IMG/VR virus record: IMGVR_UViG_2873337989_000001
Length of the DNA: 64,000 bases
Source of the DNA: an uncultured virus (IMG/VR IMGVR_UViG_2873337989_000001)
Taxonomy: Duplodnaviria; Heunggongvirae; Uroviricota; Caudoviricetes
Direction: 5' to 3' (one strand)
In this document: one piece after another, positions 9,890 through 19,357 of the stretch
Position numbering within the stretch: position 1 is the stretch's first letter
Layout: each line of letters starts with the position of its first letter
Program-made: the position numbers and the translations under genes
The notes under the pieces: generated by a model
Told to the model about the DNA's origin: nothing
The model's input: only the letters and a program-made list of their open reading frames with translations
Databases searched by the model: none

Positions 9890-10009
9890 GGGCAGCGATC
9901 CTGCACACCTGCGGGGCTTTACGTCCACGCCTGATGGCCGAGGGTGGTCATGGCCCCGGGACGTCATTGGATCGGCCGGTCGTGGGCCCTGTGGTGCTAG
10001 CGGTCCGGG

Positions 10010-10417
10010 TCATCGGCCTTGCTCGGGGTTCGTGCCCGGCTGGAACGTGACCGGATCGCCTTGGCGGTGATTCTTCGCGCCAAGCCACAACGCAACCGCG
10101 GAATCAGAAGGTGCACTCTGCTGCAGGCTGGTGTAACGGCGGCGGAGCCCGCCGAGCTTGCCAGCCTCGAACAGCTCCGCGCATGGACCGCAGGCGTAGA
10201 AACGGTCTCCGGACACGACGGCCATGCCCTGGATCAGCCCGGGGTGGACGATCTCGAACTCCTCGACGGGGAAGTAGACGACGGCCGGATCGGCGGAGCA
10301 GAAGTCGCACACGGGCGTCTCTGTGGACAGACCGATGTCGATCACCTGGTCGCCGTCTTTGACGCCCGCGAAGGGCACGGTGTCGAAGAGGTTCGGCGGC
10401 TGGCTGTCGCTCGTCAT
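10010..10417 (-). CDS. hypothetical zinc-binding protein
   Basis: CDFC...CGPC; GAGGA upstream of ATG. Confidence 0.65.
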   Translation of the reverse strand: MTSDSQPPNLFDTVPFAGVKDGDQVIDIGLSTETPVCDFCSADPAVVYFPVEEFEIVHPGLIQGMAVVSGDRFYACGPCAELFEAGKLGGLRRRYTSLQQSAPSDSAVALWLGAKNHRQGDPVTFQPGTNPEQGR

Positions 10418-10427
10418 GGCGTCAACT

Positions 10428-10829
10428 CTATTCCTCGCTCGGGTCGGGGAACGCCCGGCCCAGATCATCGAGGGCCTCGCCGAGGTGATGAAGCGAGCCA
10501 CGAAGCATCATGACCGCGCCCATCAGCGCCAGCTCGTTCTCTCCCCCGGAGTCGCCGGCCACGAGAGCAGACAGGTCCTTGGGGGCCTCCACCGCAGCTT
10601 GGAAGCGCATGGCCGCATCCTGCACGAGGTGCAGAATGCGGCTGTCGACCGCTGCTTTCAGCGCCTGGCGGGCGCCTTCATAGTCGTCGGTCACAGTGAG
10701 CCTGGCCGGGTCAGCGTCGACGGCTGCTTCGGCGCACGCTTCGGCGTAGTCGATGAGGGAGTGCCACGCGGCCGCCGCTGCCTTGAACGCGGGGTCGTAG
10801 ATCGGGTCGCCTGGAGGAAAGCGGGTCAT
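10428..10829 (-). CDS. hypothetical protein
   Basis: ATGA-coupled to the recombinase; helical composition. Confidence 0.65.
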   Translation of the reverse strand: MTRFPPGDPIYDPAFKAAAAAWHSLIDYAEACAEAAVDADPARLTVTDDYEGARQALKAAVDSRILHLVQDAAMRFQAAVEAPKDLSALVAGDSGGENELALMGAVMMLRGSLHHLGEALDDLGRAFPDPSEE

Positions 10830-12079
10830 GATCTCGATCCTTCGTCCGCCGTAGAAGTGTTCGGGCTGAGCCGCGATGCTTCAGTCTGTCGCCTGCTGGT
10901 CCCCTTGTCCCGCGTTCGTATGACTCCCGGCAACGGAGCAGGTTCCGGGGTGCGCAGCCGGTCGACGGCATCTCGGCGGGTACGTTCCGGGCGCCGGTCG
11001 TAGCGGGCGGTCGTGCTCGGCGAGGCATGCCCAGCGAGCGCCTGCGCCGTGGCCAGGTCGACGCCGGCGTCGAGGAGTTCGCCGATGAACGTGCGCCGCA
11101 TGTCGTGCGCGGCCTGCGGCGCGATCCCGGCCTGCTCGCTGCGCGCAGCGAGAATGTCGCTGACGGACTGCCCGTCCTTCATGTGGGCGATCCGGCCCTG
11201 CTTGTCGCGCCGGATGTGTCCGCCACGCGGCGTGAACGGCGTGAACAAGCCGCCCGGGTCGCGGCCGCGGACCGTCAGCCAGGCTTCGACGCGGCCGACC
11301 GTGGAGGAGTTGATGTAGACGAGCCGTTCCTTGTCACCCTTGCCGCGCACCTTCAGGGATCGTGCGGCCGGGTCGTAGTCGGCGAGGGCGAGCCCGGCCA
11401 GCTCGGCGCGGCGCACGCCGGAGCCGTATAGGACGGCGATGACTGCCGCGTCTCGCAGTGCCCGCCTGCGCCGTTCCTCGCGCCGTGCTTGGTCGCGGGG
11501 GTCCTCGTCGTCGGACTCGGGCAGTACGGCGTCAGCGTCGCATTCGGCGAGCAGCGCGCCGACGCGCTCGATCGGCACGTGCTCGCCGGCCGGGAGCCGC
11601 TTGCCTTTGAACGGGTCGAGCCGCTGGGCGCGGTCGCGGTCTTCGGCGCTGATCAGGCCGAGCCGCCAAGCCTGGTCGAGGACCTGGCGGAGCGCGACCA
11701 GGTGCTTGTTGCGGTGAGCGGGCGACCACGGCTTGAGGGTGCCGTCCTCCTGCCGGGTGGCCTGCTTGGCGATGATCGCGCGGACTTGGATGGTGTGCTC
11801 GTAGCGGAGCAGGTGCCACGGGAAGCCCTGCCCGGTGATGGCGAGCACGGCCTGGTCGACCTCGCCCGTCTCGGGGTCGACTCCGTTCGGGTCGTGCCCG
11901 GTGAGGATGCGGGCGATCCGGTCGAGGCAGCCGCGCATGGTGCGCTTCGACTCGGCCGCGTCGAGGGTGGCGAGGTAGGCGAGATAGGGGTCCTTGAGCG
12001 GGTCAGCGGCCACCACCACGGCGGGCAGCGCGTCAACGCCGTCCACCGTGGTGATCGTCTGGGGCAGTGCGTCGCTCAT
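10826..12079 (-). CDS. tyrosine recombinase/integrase (XerC/D-like)
   Basis: Catalytic set GVRRAEL (R), GKGDK (K), HDMRR (HxxR), AGH (H), TARY (Y). Start at the ATGA overlap 12076-12079. Confidence 0.93.
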   Translation of the reverse strand: MSDALPQTITTVDGVDALPAVVVAADPLKDPYLAYLATLDAAESKRTMRGCLDRIARILTGHDPNGVDPETGEVDQAVLAITGQGFPWHLLRYEHTIQVRAIIAKQATRQEDGTLKPWSPAHRNKHLVALRQVLDQAWRLGLISAEDRDRAQRLDPFKGKRLPAGEHVPIERVGALLAECDADAVLPESDDEDPRDQARREERRRRALRDAAVIAVLYGSGVRRAELAGLALADYDPAARSLKVRGKGDKERLVYINSSTVGRVEAWLTVRGRDPGGLFTPFTPRGGHIRRDKQGRIAHMKDGQSVSDILAARSEQAGIAPQAAHDMRRTFIGELLDAGVDLATAQALAGHASPSTTARYDRRPERTRRDAVDRLRTPEPAPLPGVIRTRDKGTSRRQTEASRLSPNTSTADEGSRS

Positions 12080-12435
12080 GCGGTCCAGGGCCTCAGCCGA
12101 AACGTCATCCGGAGCAGGTAGCGGCGCCTCTGCTGCTCCCACGTGGGGGCGGGGTCAGCGGGGCTGATGTCGATCGCAGGCTGGTCGGAGTGCTTCCAGC
12201 CGAGCGCGTCCACCGTGGCGATCGCCTGCTCGGCGACCTCGTACAGGCTGCGGCGGGCCACGCTGCCGCCCTGCCTCTCGTCTGCTTCGCTGGCCCAGGC
12301 GTTCCCCGAGATGGTGATCTCCGAGCTGGGGAGGCGCACCGTCCAGCCGACGCGTTCCAGACCGGTCGAGAGCGCGTCGACGAGATGCTTCAGCTCGGTA
12401 GGTTCGCCTGGATACTGCCAGTCGGCGGCGCTCAT
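12076..12435 (-). CDS. hypothetical protein
   Basis: ATGA coupling at both ends. Confidence 0.6.
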   Translation of the reverse strand: MSAADWQYPGEPTELKHLVDALSTGLERVGWTVRLPSSEITISGNAWASEADERQGGSVARRSLYEVAEQAIATVDALGWKHSDQPAIDISPADPAPTWEQQRRRYLLRMTFRLRPWTA

Positions 12436-12674
12436 GAAAGGCTTCCTTCGGTCATGAGCAGGTCGGTGTCGACGGGCTCAACGTGGGTGAGCGAGACACA
12501 GCCCGCGACGTCCTCCAGCCACACAACGGCGGTGTGGCCGCCGAGGAGCTGGGCGGTGGACCGGGTCCGGCTGGTCTTGCCTTCCCCCTCGCGGTAGCCG
12601 CTCCAGTAGCGGACAGGCGTGCCCACCAGCACGGCGGCGTTCCAGCCGTCGATGTTGTACGGCATACCGTTCAC
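12432..12674 (-). CDS. hypothetical protein
   Basis: GGAGG RBS then GTG; WNAAVLVGTPVRYW...VVWLEDVAGCVSLTHV. Confidence 0.65.
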   Translation of the reverse strand: MNGMPYNIDGWNAAVLVGTPVRYWSGYREGEGKTSRTRSTAQLLGGHTAVVWLEDVAGCVSLTHVEPVDTDLLMTEGSLS

Positions 12675-12850
12675 GGTTTCCTCCAGTTTGACCGCATGCT
12701 CTTGCCGAAGGCGAGCGCCCGTTCGATCTCTCGAAGGTCGAACTTCAGATCGCCCCGGAATGGGTCGCACGTCAGCCGGAAGGTCAGCCAGAATCGTTGG
12801 GCCTGGAGACGCATGCGTAGCCAGTCGCCGCCGTTGGTGGAGGTGTTCAT
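12671..12850 (-). CDS. 59-aa hypothetical protein (below the ORF-track cutoff)
   Basis: MNTSTNGGDWLRMRLQAQRFW...NWRKP; fills the gap exactly with ATGA and GTGA overlaps. Confidence 0.55.
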   Translation of the reverse strand: MNTSTNGGDWLRMRLQAQRFWLTFRLTCDPFRGDLKFDLREIERALAFGKSMRSNWRKP

Positions 12851-13257
12851 TCGTCTCTCGCCTCGACCTGCCCGGAGAGGATGAGCGCGGCGGGGTGGCT
12901 GGGGTCGAGCTGCTGGTAGGCGGCCGCGATCCGCTCGACGACCTCACAATCGGTGTCGGGCGACATCCGCAGGGCGACAGCGTTGATGATGTGGGTAGCT
13001 TCGGCGCACTCGGCGATCACGTAGTGGGAGCCGAGGCGCTCGTACATGCCCGGCGCGGGAAGGCGGACGGAAACGCTCTGCCCGCCGGTGTAGACGCGGC
13101 TGTAGGGGTCGGTGGAAGGAAGGGTGAGCCGCCACGTGTAAGAGCTGGTTTCCGTCTCCGAACTCCGTTGCCACTCGGAGGAGGCGTCGAGATGGGCGAT
13201 GATCTCATCGCGACTGGCGGTGGGCTGGATCAGGTTGACTGCAGGGATCGTGGTCAT
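12847..13257 (-). CDS. hypothetical protein, paralog of 14005..14511
   Basis: Shares AHLDAS..W.R and CAEA...INAV.L with 14005..14511; TGATG coupling. Confidence 0.7.
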   Translation of the reverse strand: MTTIPAVNLIQPTASRDEIIAHLDASSEWQRSSETETSSYTWRLTLPSTDPYSRVYTGGQSVSVRLPAPGMYERLGSHYVIAECAEATHIINAVALRMSPDTDCEVVERIAAAYQQLDPSHPAALILSGQVEARDE

Positions 13258-13712
13258 CAGGCGATCTCCCATCCGCCGTCGAGCTGCTTGAGCCACTGGT
13301 GGTATTCGAGGTCGGCGTACGTCTTCCGCCACGTGTCGGACTTGGCTTCCCATTCGGCGGGCTTCAGGCCTGTGTCGATGGTGCCCAGCACGGTCGACCT
13401 GTCCTTGTCGGTAGCGCTGAACTTCAGCTTGATCGTCTCGGCCAGCGGGTCTCGCCACGTCTCGCCGCCAGCCGATCCGGCCGCGGCCAAGGCGACGAAC
13501 GCTTCGGGCTTGACTGGCCAGAACGCGCCGTGCCCGTCCTTCACGATCCAGTCGCCGAAGTCGGCCTTGACCCGCCCACCGGGTGTGTAGATCGACAGGC
13601 CATCCACCTGGCCGTCAGCGCCGTACCAGGGCTTGGACGCGGCCCACTCCCACAGGAGGTGGCCGTTTTCGGGGGTGAGAAGGCAGGCTTCGGCGATCTC
13701 GCGGGGGCTCAT
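13257..13712 (-). CDS. phage-type hypothetical protein
   Basis: IYTPGGRVKADFGDWIVKD...FWPVKPEAF is a motif typical of small phage proteins; ATGA coupling. Confidence 0.7.
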   Translation of the reverse strand: MSPREIAEACLLTPENGHLLWEWAASKPWYGADGQVDGLSIYTPGGRVKADFGDWIVKDGHGAFWPVKPEAFVALAAAGSAGGETWRDPLAETIKLKFSATDKDRSTVLGTIDTGLKPAEWEAKSDTWRKTYADLEYHQWLKQLDGGWEIA

Positions 13713-14008
13713 CGGGGGTTCCCTCCTGCCGCTTCGGCGAGTTGGTTCCATTCGGCCTGCTCGGCGAGGACCAGCGTCTCCATCTCGCCGTCCTCCAGCC
13801 ACGGGTAGGCGGGCAGGAGGAGAGAGCGGCGAGACAGGTCCCGCATGAGGACACTGGCAGCCCATGTCTCGCCCCTCTCACGGAGGAGCTTCTTCGAGCG
13901 GGCGGCTGCCTCCGGGTCGACGAAGCGAGAACGCGCCGCCAGGGTGCGGCCCAGGGCGGCGAGTTCAGCGAGACGCTCGGGCGTCAGGGTGGTGTGCAGG
14001 TGGTTCAC
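13709..14008 (-). CDS. hypothetical protein
   Basis: GTGA coupling; VNHLHTTLTPERL... Confidence 0.6.
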   Translation of the reverse strand: MNHLHTTLTPERLAELAALGRTLAARSRFVDPEAAARSKKLLRERGETWAASVLMRDLSRRSLLLPAYPWLEDGEMETLVLAEQAEWNQLAEAAGGNPR

Positions 14009-14511
14009 CGGGTCACGTCCTGCCCGGTGGCGATGCCGTAGAGGGTCGTCATCGCGGGGTACGGCCAGGCGATGTCCCGCCGGCGGGTGGTTTCGACGAT
14101 CTCGACCAGGCGGCGGATCGCCTCGTTGGGCGTGTTGGCGGGCAGGCCGAGGGTGACCGCGTTGATGCTGTACGCAGCTTCGGCGCACATCACCTTGTCC
14201 TCGCCGTCGTAGGTCGGGTTGTCGTCGGCCGGGACGAAGACGCGGTAGGTGCCGTCTTCTCCGTCGTGGCGGTAGATGAAGGTGTTGTTGGTGGACGCGG
14301 TGCGCTTCCAGTCGGGGCTGGCGTCGAGGTGGGCGGTCAGGGTGGCGTGGTCCGCGTCGAGCGGCACGAGGCCGACCGTGTGAGGGGCGAGGCCGGGGTC
14401 GGCGACGAGAGCGTGAGGGGCGAGCGCCTTCTCTCGCGCCTGTGCCAGCGCGGCGGGCTGAACCGGGATCTGCTCGACCGGGGTGGGCGAGCCGCTGTCG
14501 CGTAAGTACAT
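14005..14511 (-). CDS. hypothetical protein, first gene of the leftward operon
   Basis: GGAAGG RBS; paralogous to 12847..13257. Confidence 0.7.
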   Translation of the reverse strand: MYLRDSGSPTPVEQIPVQPAALAQAREKALAPHALVADPGLAPHTVGLVPLDADHATLTAHLDASPDWKRTASTNNTFIYRHDGEDGTYRVFVPADDNPTYDGEDKVMCAEAAYSINAVTLGLPANTPNEAIRRLVEIVETTRRRDIAWPYPAMTTLYGIATGQDVTR

Positions 14512-14669
14512 GTTCGGGTCCTTCCATGCGTCCTGGGGTTTTTGCGCCCGCCCCGGAGGCCGCAGGTCCTCGGTGGGGTTGAGCGCTCCATGATCGTATC
14601 GGTTTTATCTGTGGGAAGCGACATTCCCGGTGTTAAAAATCGAGAGCAGTATTCGCTATCCTCCCACTC

Positions 14670-14695
14670 GGAGTAATACCGCGCGGCTATACTCC
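14670..14695. promoter_or_regulatory. near-palindromic operator overlapping the -10 (TATACT) of the toxin-antitoxin operon
   Basis: GGAGTAATACCGCGCGGCTATACTCC; the ATG at 14700 follows closely, suggesting a leaderless transcript. Confidence 0.5.
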
Positions 14696-14699
14696 TCGT

Positions 14700-14957
14700 A
14701 TGGCTAAGTCGAAGACATCCCTGAGCATCGCTCCCTGGATCCTGGAAGCGGTGCGCAAGCACGCCGAAGAGAACGGGATCAGCGTGAGCACCGTCCTGGA
14801 GCGCGGCGCGCTTCGCGAGATCGCCGCCTCCCACGACGCCGCCGCCCGCGCCGCGGTGTACGGCGCCGGCGCGGCCGCCACCCAGGAGGCCGACGAGCGA
14901 GTTGTCGCCGAGGACCTCTCGCGGGCCGCCGACGAGCACCGCGGTGAGGCCGCGTGA
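14700..14957 (+). CDS. ribbon-helix-helix antitoxin-like protein
   Basis: KTSLSIAPWILEAVRKHAEENGISVSTVLER RHH pattern; coupled to the toxin-like gene. Confidence 0.72.
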   Translation: MAKSKTSLSIAPWILEAVRKHAEENGISVSTVLERGALREIAASHDAAARAAVYGAGAAATQEADERVVAEDLSRAADEHRGEAA

Positions 14958-15265
14958 GCCACCGCTTCGGCGAGTTGTGGACCGTCCAGCTCGGCGACCG
15001 CGAAGAAGTCCGACTGGTCGTGACCGGCGACTTCTACCACACGCTCTACAACGACAACGTGCTCACCGCGCACGTCGAGGCCGCCGACCTGGCGCACACC
15101 CTGACCGCGTTCGTGGTCGACGTTGGCGAAGGCCGGGCCGCGATGATCGACCGCATCAGCACCGTGGCGGCCGTCCGGCTCAAGAGCAAGGTGGGCGACC
15201 TACCAGAAGCGCAGCTCGCCGCCGTTCGCGGGATGCTCGGCACGATCTTCTCCATCACCGGATGA
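14954..15265 (+). CDS. PemK/MazF-fold toxin-like protein
   Basis: GELWTV...RLVVTGD.Y...AMIDRISTV...RLKSKVGDL pattern, 103 aa. Confidence 0.65.
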   Translation: MSHRFGELWTVQLGDREEVRLVVTGDFYHTLYNDNVLTAHVEAADLAHTLTAFVVDVGEGRAAMIDRISTVAAVRLKSKVGDLPEAQLAAVRGMLGTIFSITG

Positions 15266-15325
15266 GCCGCCTCGCCGAGGACCTGCGATCTCCGTCCTGA
15301 CCCCGGCGGCCCAGCACCCCGGGAG

Positions 15326-15880
15326 TCAGGCGGGCCGAGTACCCGAGGAGGTCACCTGGTAGCGGGGGGTGTCATAGAGCACGACCACGCCGTCCACACC
15401 GGAGGGCGCCGAGACCCGCATGATGACCCCCTTACGCTCAACAACTCTCAGCAGCTGCCCCACGCGCAGCATCAGCTGCGGTGTCAGCACCTCGGGCGCC
15501 ATCGCGGCCAAGCGCTCAACGATGTCGGGCTGAGTGAAGGCTTCGCCCCGGAACCCCTCGACAACCCTGAGGAACGCGGCCTCGTCGATGACCGCTTCCA
15601 CCTTTCCCCGGTCCAGCTGCTCGGCGAGCTCGGCGTCTCGCGTCCCCGTGACATTGCAATACCCGCATCCATGCTCGGTGCCCGGCACCAGAGAGATACG
15701 CGTCTGCCCCAGGCATATCGAGCACTGGTTTGTCTCGATGGCGTGGAGCTGAGCCGCAGAGCGGTCGAGGAGCGGCTGCCCGCAGAAGCAGGAGTAAGAG
15801 CGGAAGCGCCCCTCCATGAGCTCGCCCATCGTGGCGCCCTTCGGGAGCGGTTCGTCCCATGTGCTGCTGATCGCGTGCAT
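15326..15880 (-). CDS. hypothetical Cys-rich protein with possible C-terminal winged helix
   Basis: CFCG, CSICLG, CGYCNVTG motifs. Confidence 0.6.
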   Translation of the reverse strand: MHAISSTWDEPLPKGATMGELMEGRFRSYSCFCGQPLLDRSAAQLHAIETNQCSICLGQTRISLVPGTEHGCGYCNVTGTRDAELAEQLDRGKVEAVIDEAAFLRVVEGFRGEAFTQPDIVERLAAMAPEVLTPQLMLRVGQLLRVVERKGVIMRVSAPSGVDGVVVLYDTPRYQVTSSGTRPA

Positions 15881-16202
15881 CCGGCCAGTATGCCTCCCTG
15901 GACCTTGCAACCGAGCCAGCCCCTGAGAGCCGTTCTGCCGGGCGCTTCCCCCTTCTGGCCCCAGGGCATCAGGGGAGGCGAGTTCGTCGACTAGCGTCCA
16001 CTACACAGAGATCATTTACGGCGTTGCGGCCCGCGTGAACGCCTCGGACCGATCCAAAGGCGTCCATAAGGTTCGGCCCCGCCCCCGACGCGGGAGAGAG
16101 AGTTCCCGCACACCCTGCGAGGGCGAGGCCGAGTGCTTGCGCCGCCACCCCCCTGAGCGAGGGTCGGGGATGCGCTTCCCCAAAGGCGGCGGCGCAAGCC
16201 GT

Positions 16203-16451
16203 CTAGGGAGCGGCCGCCGTACGGGCGGCGGCCTGCATCTGCTCCATGTGCTCGGCGTAGGCCGCCCACAGTTCGGAGCCGTCGAACACGTGCTGATCGT
16301 CGAGCTGGCCGCACGCGCAGTAGGCGCGATACACGTCCCGGCCGGCCAATGCCGACGCGATCGGGTCGAGGTCTCGGCCAGGCCGGTGGGCCTGCTGGTC
16401 GAGGAGCGGGTCTAGCCACCAGGCGGGCCACACGGCCGCGCGGCCGATCAC
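16203..16451 (-). CDS. hypothetical protein
   Basis: GTGA-coupled to the upstream gene; RAYCACG...AEH. Confidence 0.5.
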   Translation of the reverse strand: MIGRAAVWPAWWLDPLLDQQAHRPGRDLDPIASALAGRDVYRAYCACGQLDDQHVFDGSELWAAYAEHMEQMQAAARTAAAP

Positions 16452-18373
16452 CAGTCCTGCCTGACGCTGATAGCCGGCTCCGTCGACAAGACCGCCGAGA
16501 AAGGGCCGCGATCCTGGCCGGGCTCTCCGCCAGAGGCCACGCCTTGGAGCGTGAGCGGTTCGGGTTCGTCTCCGTTGGGCGTGCCGCCCGAGGTGGTGTC
16601 GTCGGGGCCGGGGTGGGTCGGTCCGCTGTCGGGCGGGGTACTGGTTGGGGCGGTCGTGGGCTCCCTGGTGGGCTCCGAGGTCGGGGTCGGCTCGCCGCTC
16701 GGCGTCTGGCTCGGGCTCGGGCTCGGGCTCGGTGCCGGTGTGGGCTCGCTGCTCGGCGTAGGTTGCGGTGTCGGGCTGTCGGTGGGTGCCGGGGTCGGGT
16801 CGCTCGTGGGCGGCGGGGGCGGCTGCTCGCTCGGGGCGGGCTTCGGCTCCTGCGTGGGCAGGCTGGTGGGCTGGTCTGATGGGGCCGGGGTCGGCTCCTT
16901 CGTGGGGGCGCTCGTCGGAGTCTCCTGCGGCGTGGTCGGCTGCTGCGTCGGCTGCATGGTCGACGGCTGCGTGGTCGGCATCGCCACGCTGGTCACGGTG
17001 GGAACCGGCTTCGTGGTGGCGGTCGAGGTCGTCGTGGGCGCCGTGGTGGGTGACGACAGCCGGGTCGCCGATGCGGTCGGTACCGTCTGCGTCGGCTGGG
17101 GGGTGGCGGCGATGGGGGAAGGCGTGCTCGGCAGGGCTGACGCGTCCGGCTCGGCGGGGAACCCGCCAGTCGCGGTGGGGTCCGCGGTGGGGTACGGCAG
17201 CGCCGGGGGTCCGGCCGGTGGCAGGTCGTCCTCGATCGGCGTGTGTGAGGACGGTTCGCCTGCGGGGGTGGTCTTGTCCTGCCAGCCGAGCGCCATGGCG
17301 AGGGGCTTGGCCGCCTGGCCCACGGCGTCCTCGACGGCCAGCACGGCAGGCGCGCCGGCACCCGCGCCCACCGTGGCGATGGCGACGGTCGCGGCTGGTG
17401 CTGAGACGCCGGTGGCGGCCTGGACGGTGATGACGGCGCCGCTCATGAACTTCCCGACCGCCGTGGCGACGGGACCCGCGGCATGCGCGCTTCCGCTCCC
17501 GGCCGAGGCGGCTCCGAAGCTGGTCGCGCCGACGCCTCCCAGCGATTCCATGCCAGGCAGGGGCATGAGGGCGCCGTTGCTCATGAGCGCGGTCTGCACG
17601 GCCGTGGTGTAGCTGTCGACGACGGCGCGCACCGCGACGTAGGCGGGGATGGCGGCGGCGGCCGTCCCGGCGAGCCAGGTGCGAAGGCGTCGGAAGACGA
17701 TGGACAGGCGGGCCGCAGAAGTGTGAGCCCTTCGCGCGTCTTGAGCTGCGGGGGCGAAGTCGAGGACGTTCCCGCTCGGGTCGCGCGCGTACTCCGCGAC
17801 CGGCTGGTCGAGAAACGCCGCGCGGTGCTGCTCTTCGGCCGCAGCGTACATCTGGATGATGTTGTTGACGTGCTCGGCGGGCATGGTGTGCTCGTGGGCC
17901 CAGGTGCGGGACTTCTTCACGCGGACGCCGATACGGTCGAACGGCATCCGCTGAACCTTGGCCATCCGGTAGACCGCGAGGTCCTTCAGGTGCCGGTAGA
18001 CCAGCATCCGCGAGTTGTGCTCCTCCATCTCGCGGTCTTCCGCTTGGCGGACGACTTCATAGAAGGCGAGACCCTCGTTCGGCTGAGGCTCGTTCTGGAT
18101 TTGCTCGAGCGCTTCCTCATACAGATCAGCCGAAAGCTTCAGGAACAGCTCGCGACTTTCGGGGGAGAGATCCTCGATCAACAGGTAGCTCCGGACATGC
18201 GTGAACTGTCGGGGTACACGGGGAAGCGCGGTGGCATATGTCGGTTGCCACCTTGGAGTGCATGATCCTTGTGGTTTGCTGGGACTTCTGTCAACTGCTG
18301 AGAGCCAGGTTGCCTCTGGTGTGTACTCTTGGCTCCCAAATGGACGCATAGCGGTATCCGAAGGGAGGCTCAA
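16448..18373 (-). CDS. large protein with helical N-terminal domain, hydrophobic segments and Pro/Thr-rich repetitive tail (start uncertain)
   Basis: 641-aa ORF; PTPAPS/EPT repeats at ~16600-16990; divergent from the XRE gene. Confidence 0.65.
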   Translation of the reverse strand: MSLPSDTAMRPFGSQEYTPEATWLSAVDRSPSKPQGSCTPRWQPTYATALPRVPRQFTHVRSYLLIEDLSPESRELFLKLSADLYEEALEQIQNEPQPNEGLAFYEVVRQAEDREMEEHNSRMLVYRHLKDLAVYRMAKVQRMPFDRIGVRVKKSRTWAHEHTMPAEHVNNIIQMYAAAEEQHRAAFLDQPVAEYARDPSGNVLDFAPAAQDARRAHTSAARLSIVFRRLRTWLAGTAAAAIPAYVAVRAVVDSYTTAVQTALMSNGALMPLPGMESLGGVGATSFGAASAGSGSAHAAGPVATAVGKFMSGAVITVQAATGVSAPAATVAIATVGAGAGAPAVLAVEDAVGQAAKPLAMALGWQDKTTPAGEPSSHTPIEDDLPPAGPPALPYPTADPTATGGFPAEPDASALPSTPSPIAATPQPTQTVPTASATRLSSPTTAPTTTSTATTKPVPTVTSVAMPTTQPSTMQPTQQPTTPQETPTSAPTKEPTPAPSDQPTSLPTQEPKPAPSEQPPPPPTSDPTPAPTDSPTPQPTPSSEPTPAPSPSPSPSQTPSGEPTPTSEPTREPTTAPTSTPPDSGPTHPGPDDTTSGGTPNGDEPEPLTLQGVASGGEPGQDRGPFSAVLSTEPAISVRQDW

Positions 18374-18375
18374 GG

Positions 18376-18795
18376 GTGGCGACTCTGGCCGAGAGGCTGG
18401 CAGAGGCGTTGCAGGAAAGGGGGTATTCCGATCGCGGCGCAGCTCGGGAGTTACGTCGACGCGGAGCGTCGATCACGCACGCCTACATTGGGCAACTGCG
18501 CAAGGGCGACAAGACCAACCCGTCGCTGGAGCACCTGCAGGCGCTAGCCGATCTGCTCGGCACGAGCATCGACTGGCTGACCGGCCGGGACTCGGTCCCA
18601 GAGACGGAGGACGGCGAGGGCGAACGGCAGCAGCGTGAGGACGTACGGCGGGGCCTGGAGGAGCTCGGCGTGACGAACATCGCGCAGAGGATGAATGGCT
18701 TGTCACCGTTGTCGCTGTCTGCGGTTGCGCAGATGGTGGAGGCGATGCGCGCGGCCGAATCCCTTGACGAGGAAGACGATTTCGAGAACCTCTGA
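18376..18795 (+). CDS. XRE-family HTH transcriptional regulator
   Basis: ITHAYIGQLRKGDKTNPSLEHLQALADLLG...DWL. Confidence 0.88.
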   Translation: MATLAERLAEALQERGYSDRGAARELRRRGASITHAYIGQLRKGDKTNPSLEHLQALADLLGTSIDWLTGRDSVPETEDGEGERQQREDVRRGLEELGVTNIAQRMNGLSPLSLSAVAQMVEAMRAAESLDEEDDFENL

Positions 18796-18857
18796 CACGA
18801 ACCTGACTGGAAGGGCGGGTAGTCTGTCCGGGCCCTGCCCCGGAAAGGTCATCTTGC

Positions 18858-19349
18858 GTGCCCTCCCCTGACCTGGTTGCCGCCTGTGAGGCTGCGCCTA
18901 TCCCCCAGCCGTTCACGCTGGCCGAGTTCCTCCGGCGAATCCGTCGCTCGCGAGGACGGCCGCTCCACGTCCACCGGATGCCCGCCGAGGCATCCGGGGC
19001 GGTGACCGGGCTGTGGTTCGCCACCAGGAAGGCCGACCACCTGTTCTACGCGCCCGGCGCGGCCGGGGTCCTGCTGACCAACATCCTGTTACACGAGATC
19101 GCCCACATGCTGCTCGGCCACGGCGACGTCGGCGGCGACGCCGAACGTGCCCTGCGAATCCTGGTAGAGCCCATCGTTGAAGCCTTCGAGGCGCGGCGGT
19201 TCAAGGCGCGTGCCCGATACGACACGCTCGAGGAGCGGGAAGCCGAGAAGCTGGCCACGCTGCTGCTGGTGCGGGCGAGCGAACGCCGAGACGACGGTGA
19301 CGACGAGGGTCTGCGGATGCTGAGCCGCACATTCGGATACGAGAGGTAG
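18858..19349 (+). CDS. ImmA/IrrE-like HExxH metallopeptidase-type regulator
   Basis: ILLHEIAHML...EREAEKLA. Confidence 0.8.
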   Translation: MPSPDLVAACEAAPIPQPFTLAEFLRRIRRSRGRPLHVHRMPAEASGAVTGLWFATRKADHLFYAPGAAGVLLTNILLHEIAHMLLGHGDVGGDAERALRILVEPIVEAFEARRFKARARYDTLEEREAEKLATLLLVRASERRDDGDDEGLRMLSRTFGYER

Positions 19350-19357
19350 CCTCCCGA

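Noticed and set aside
12720..12743. Second SOS box (GTTCGA...TCGAAG)
   Set aside because: The half-sites are in the wrong order and lie inside a probable coding region.
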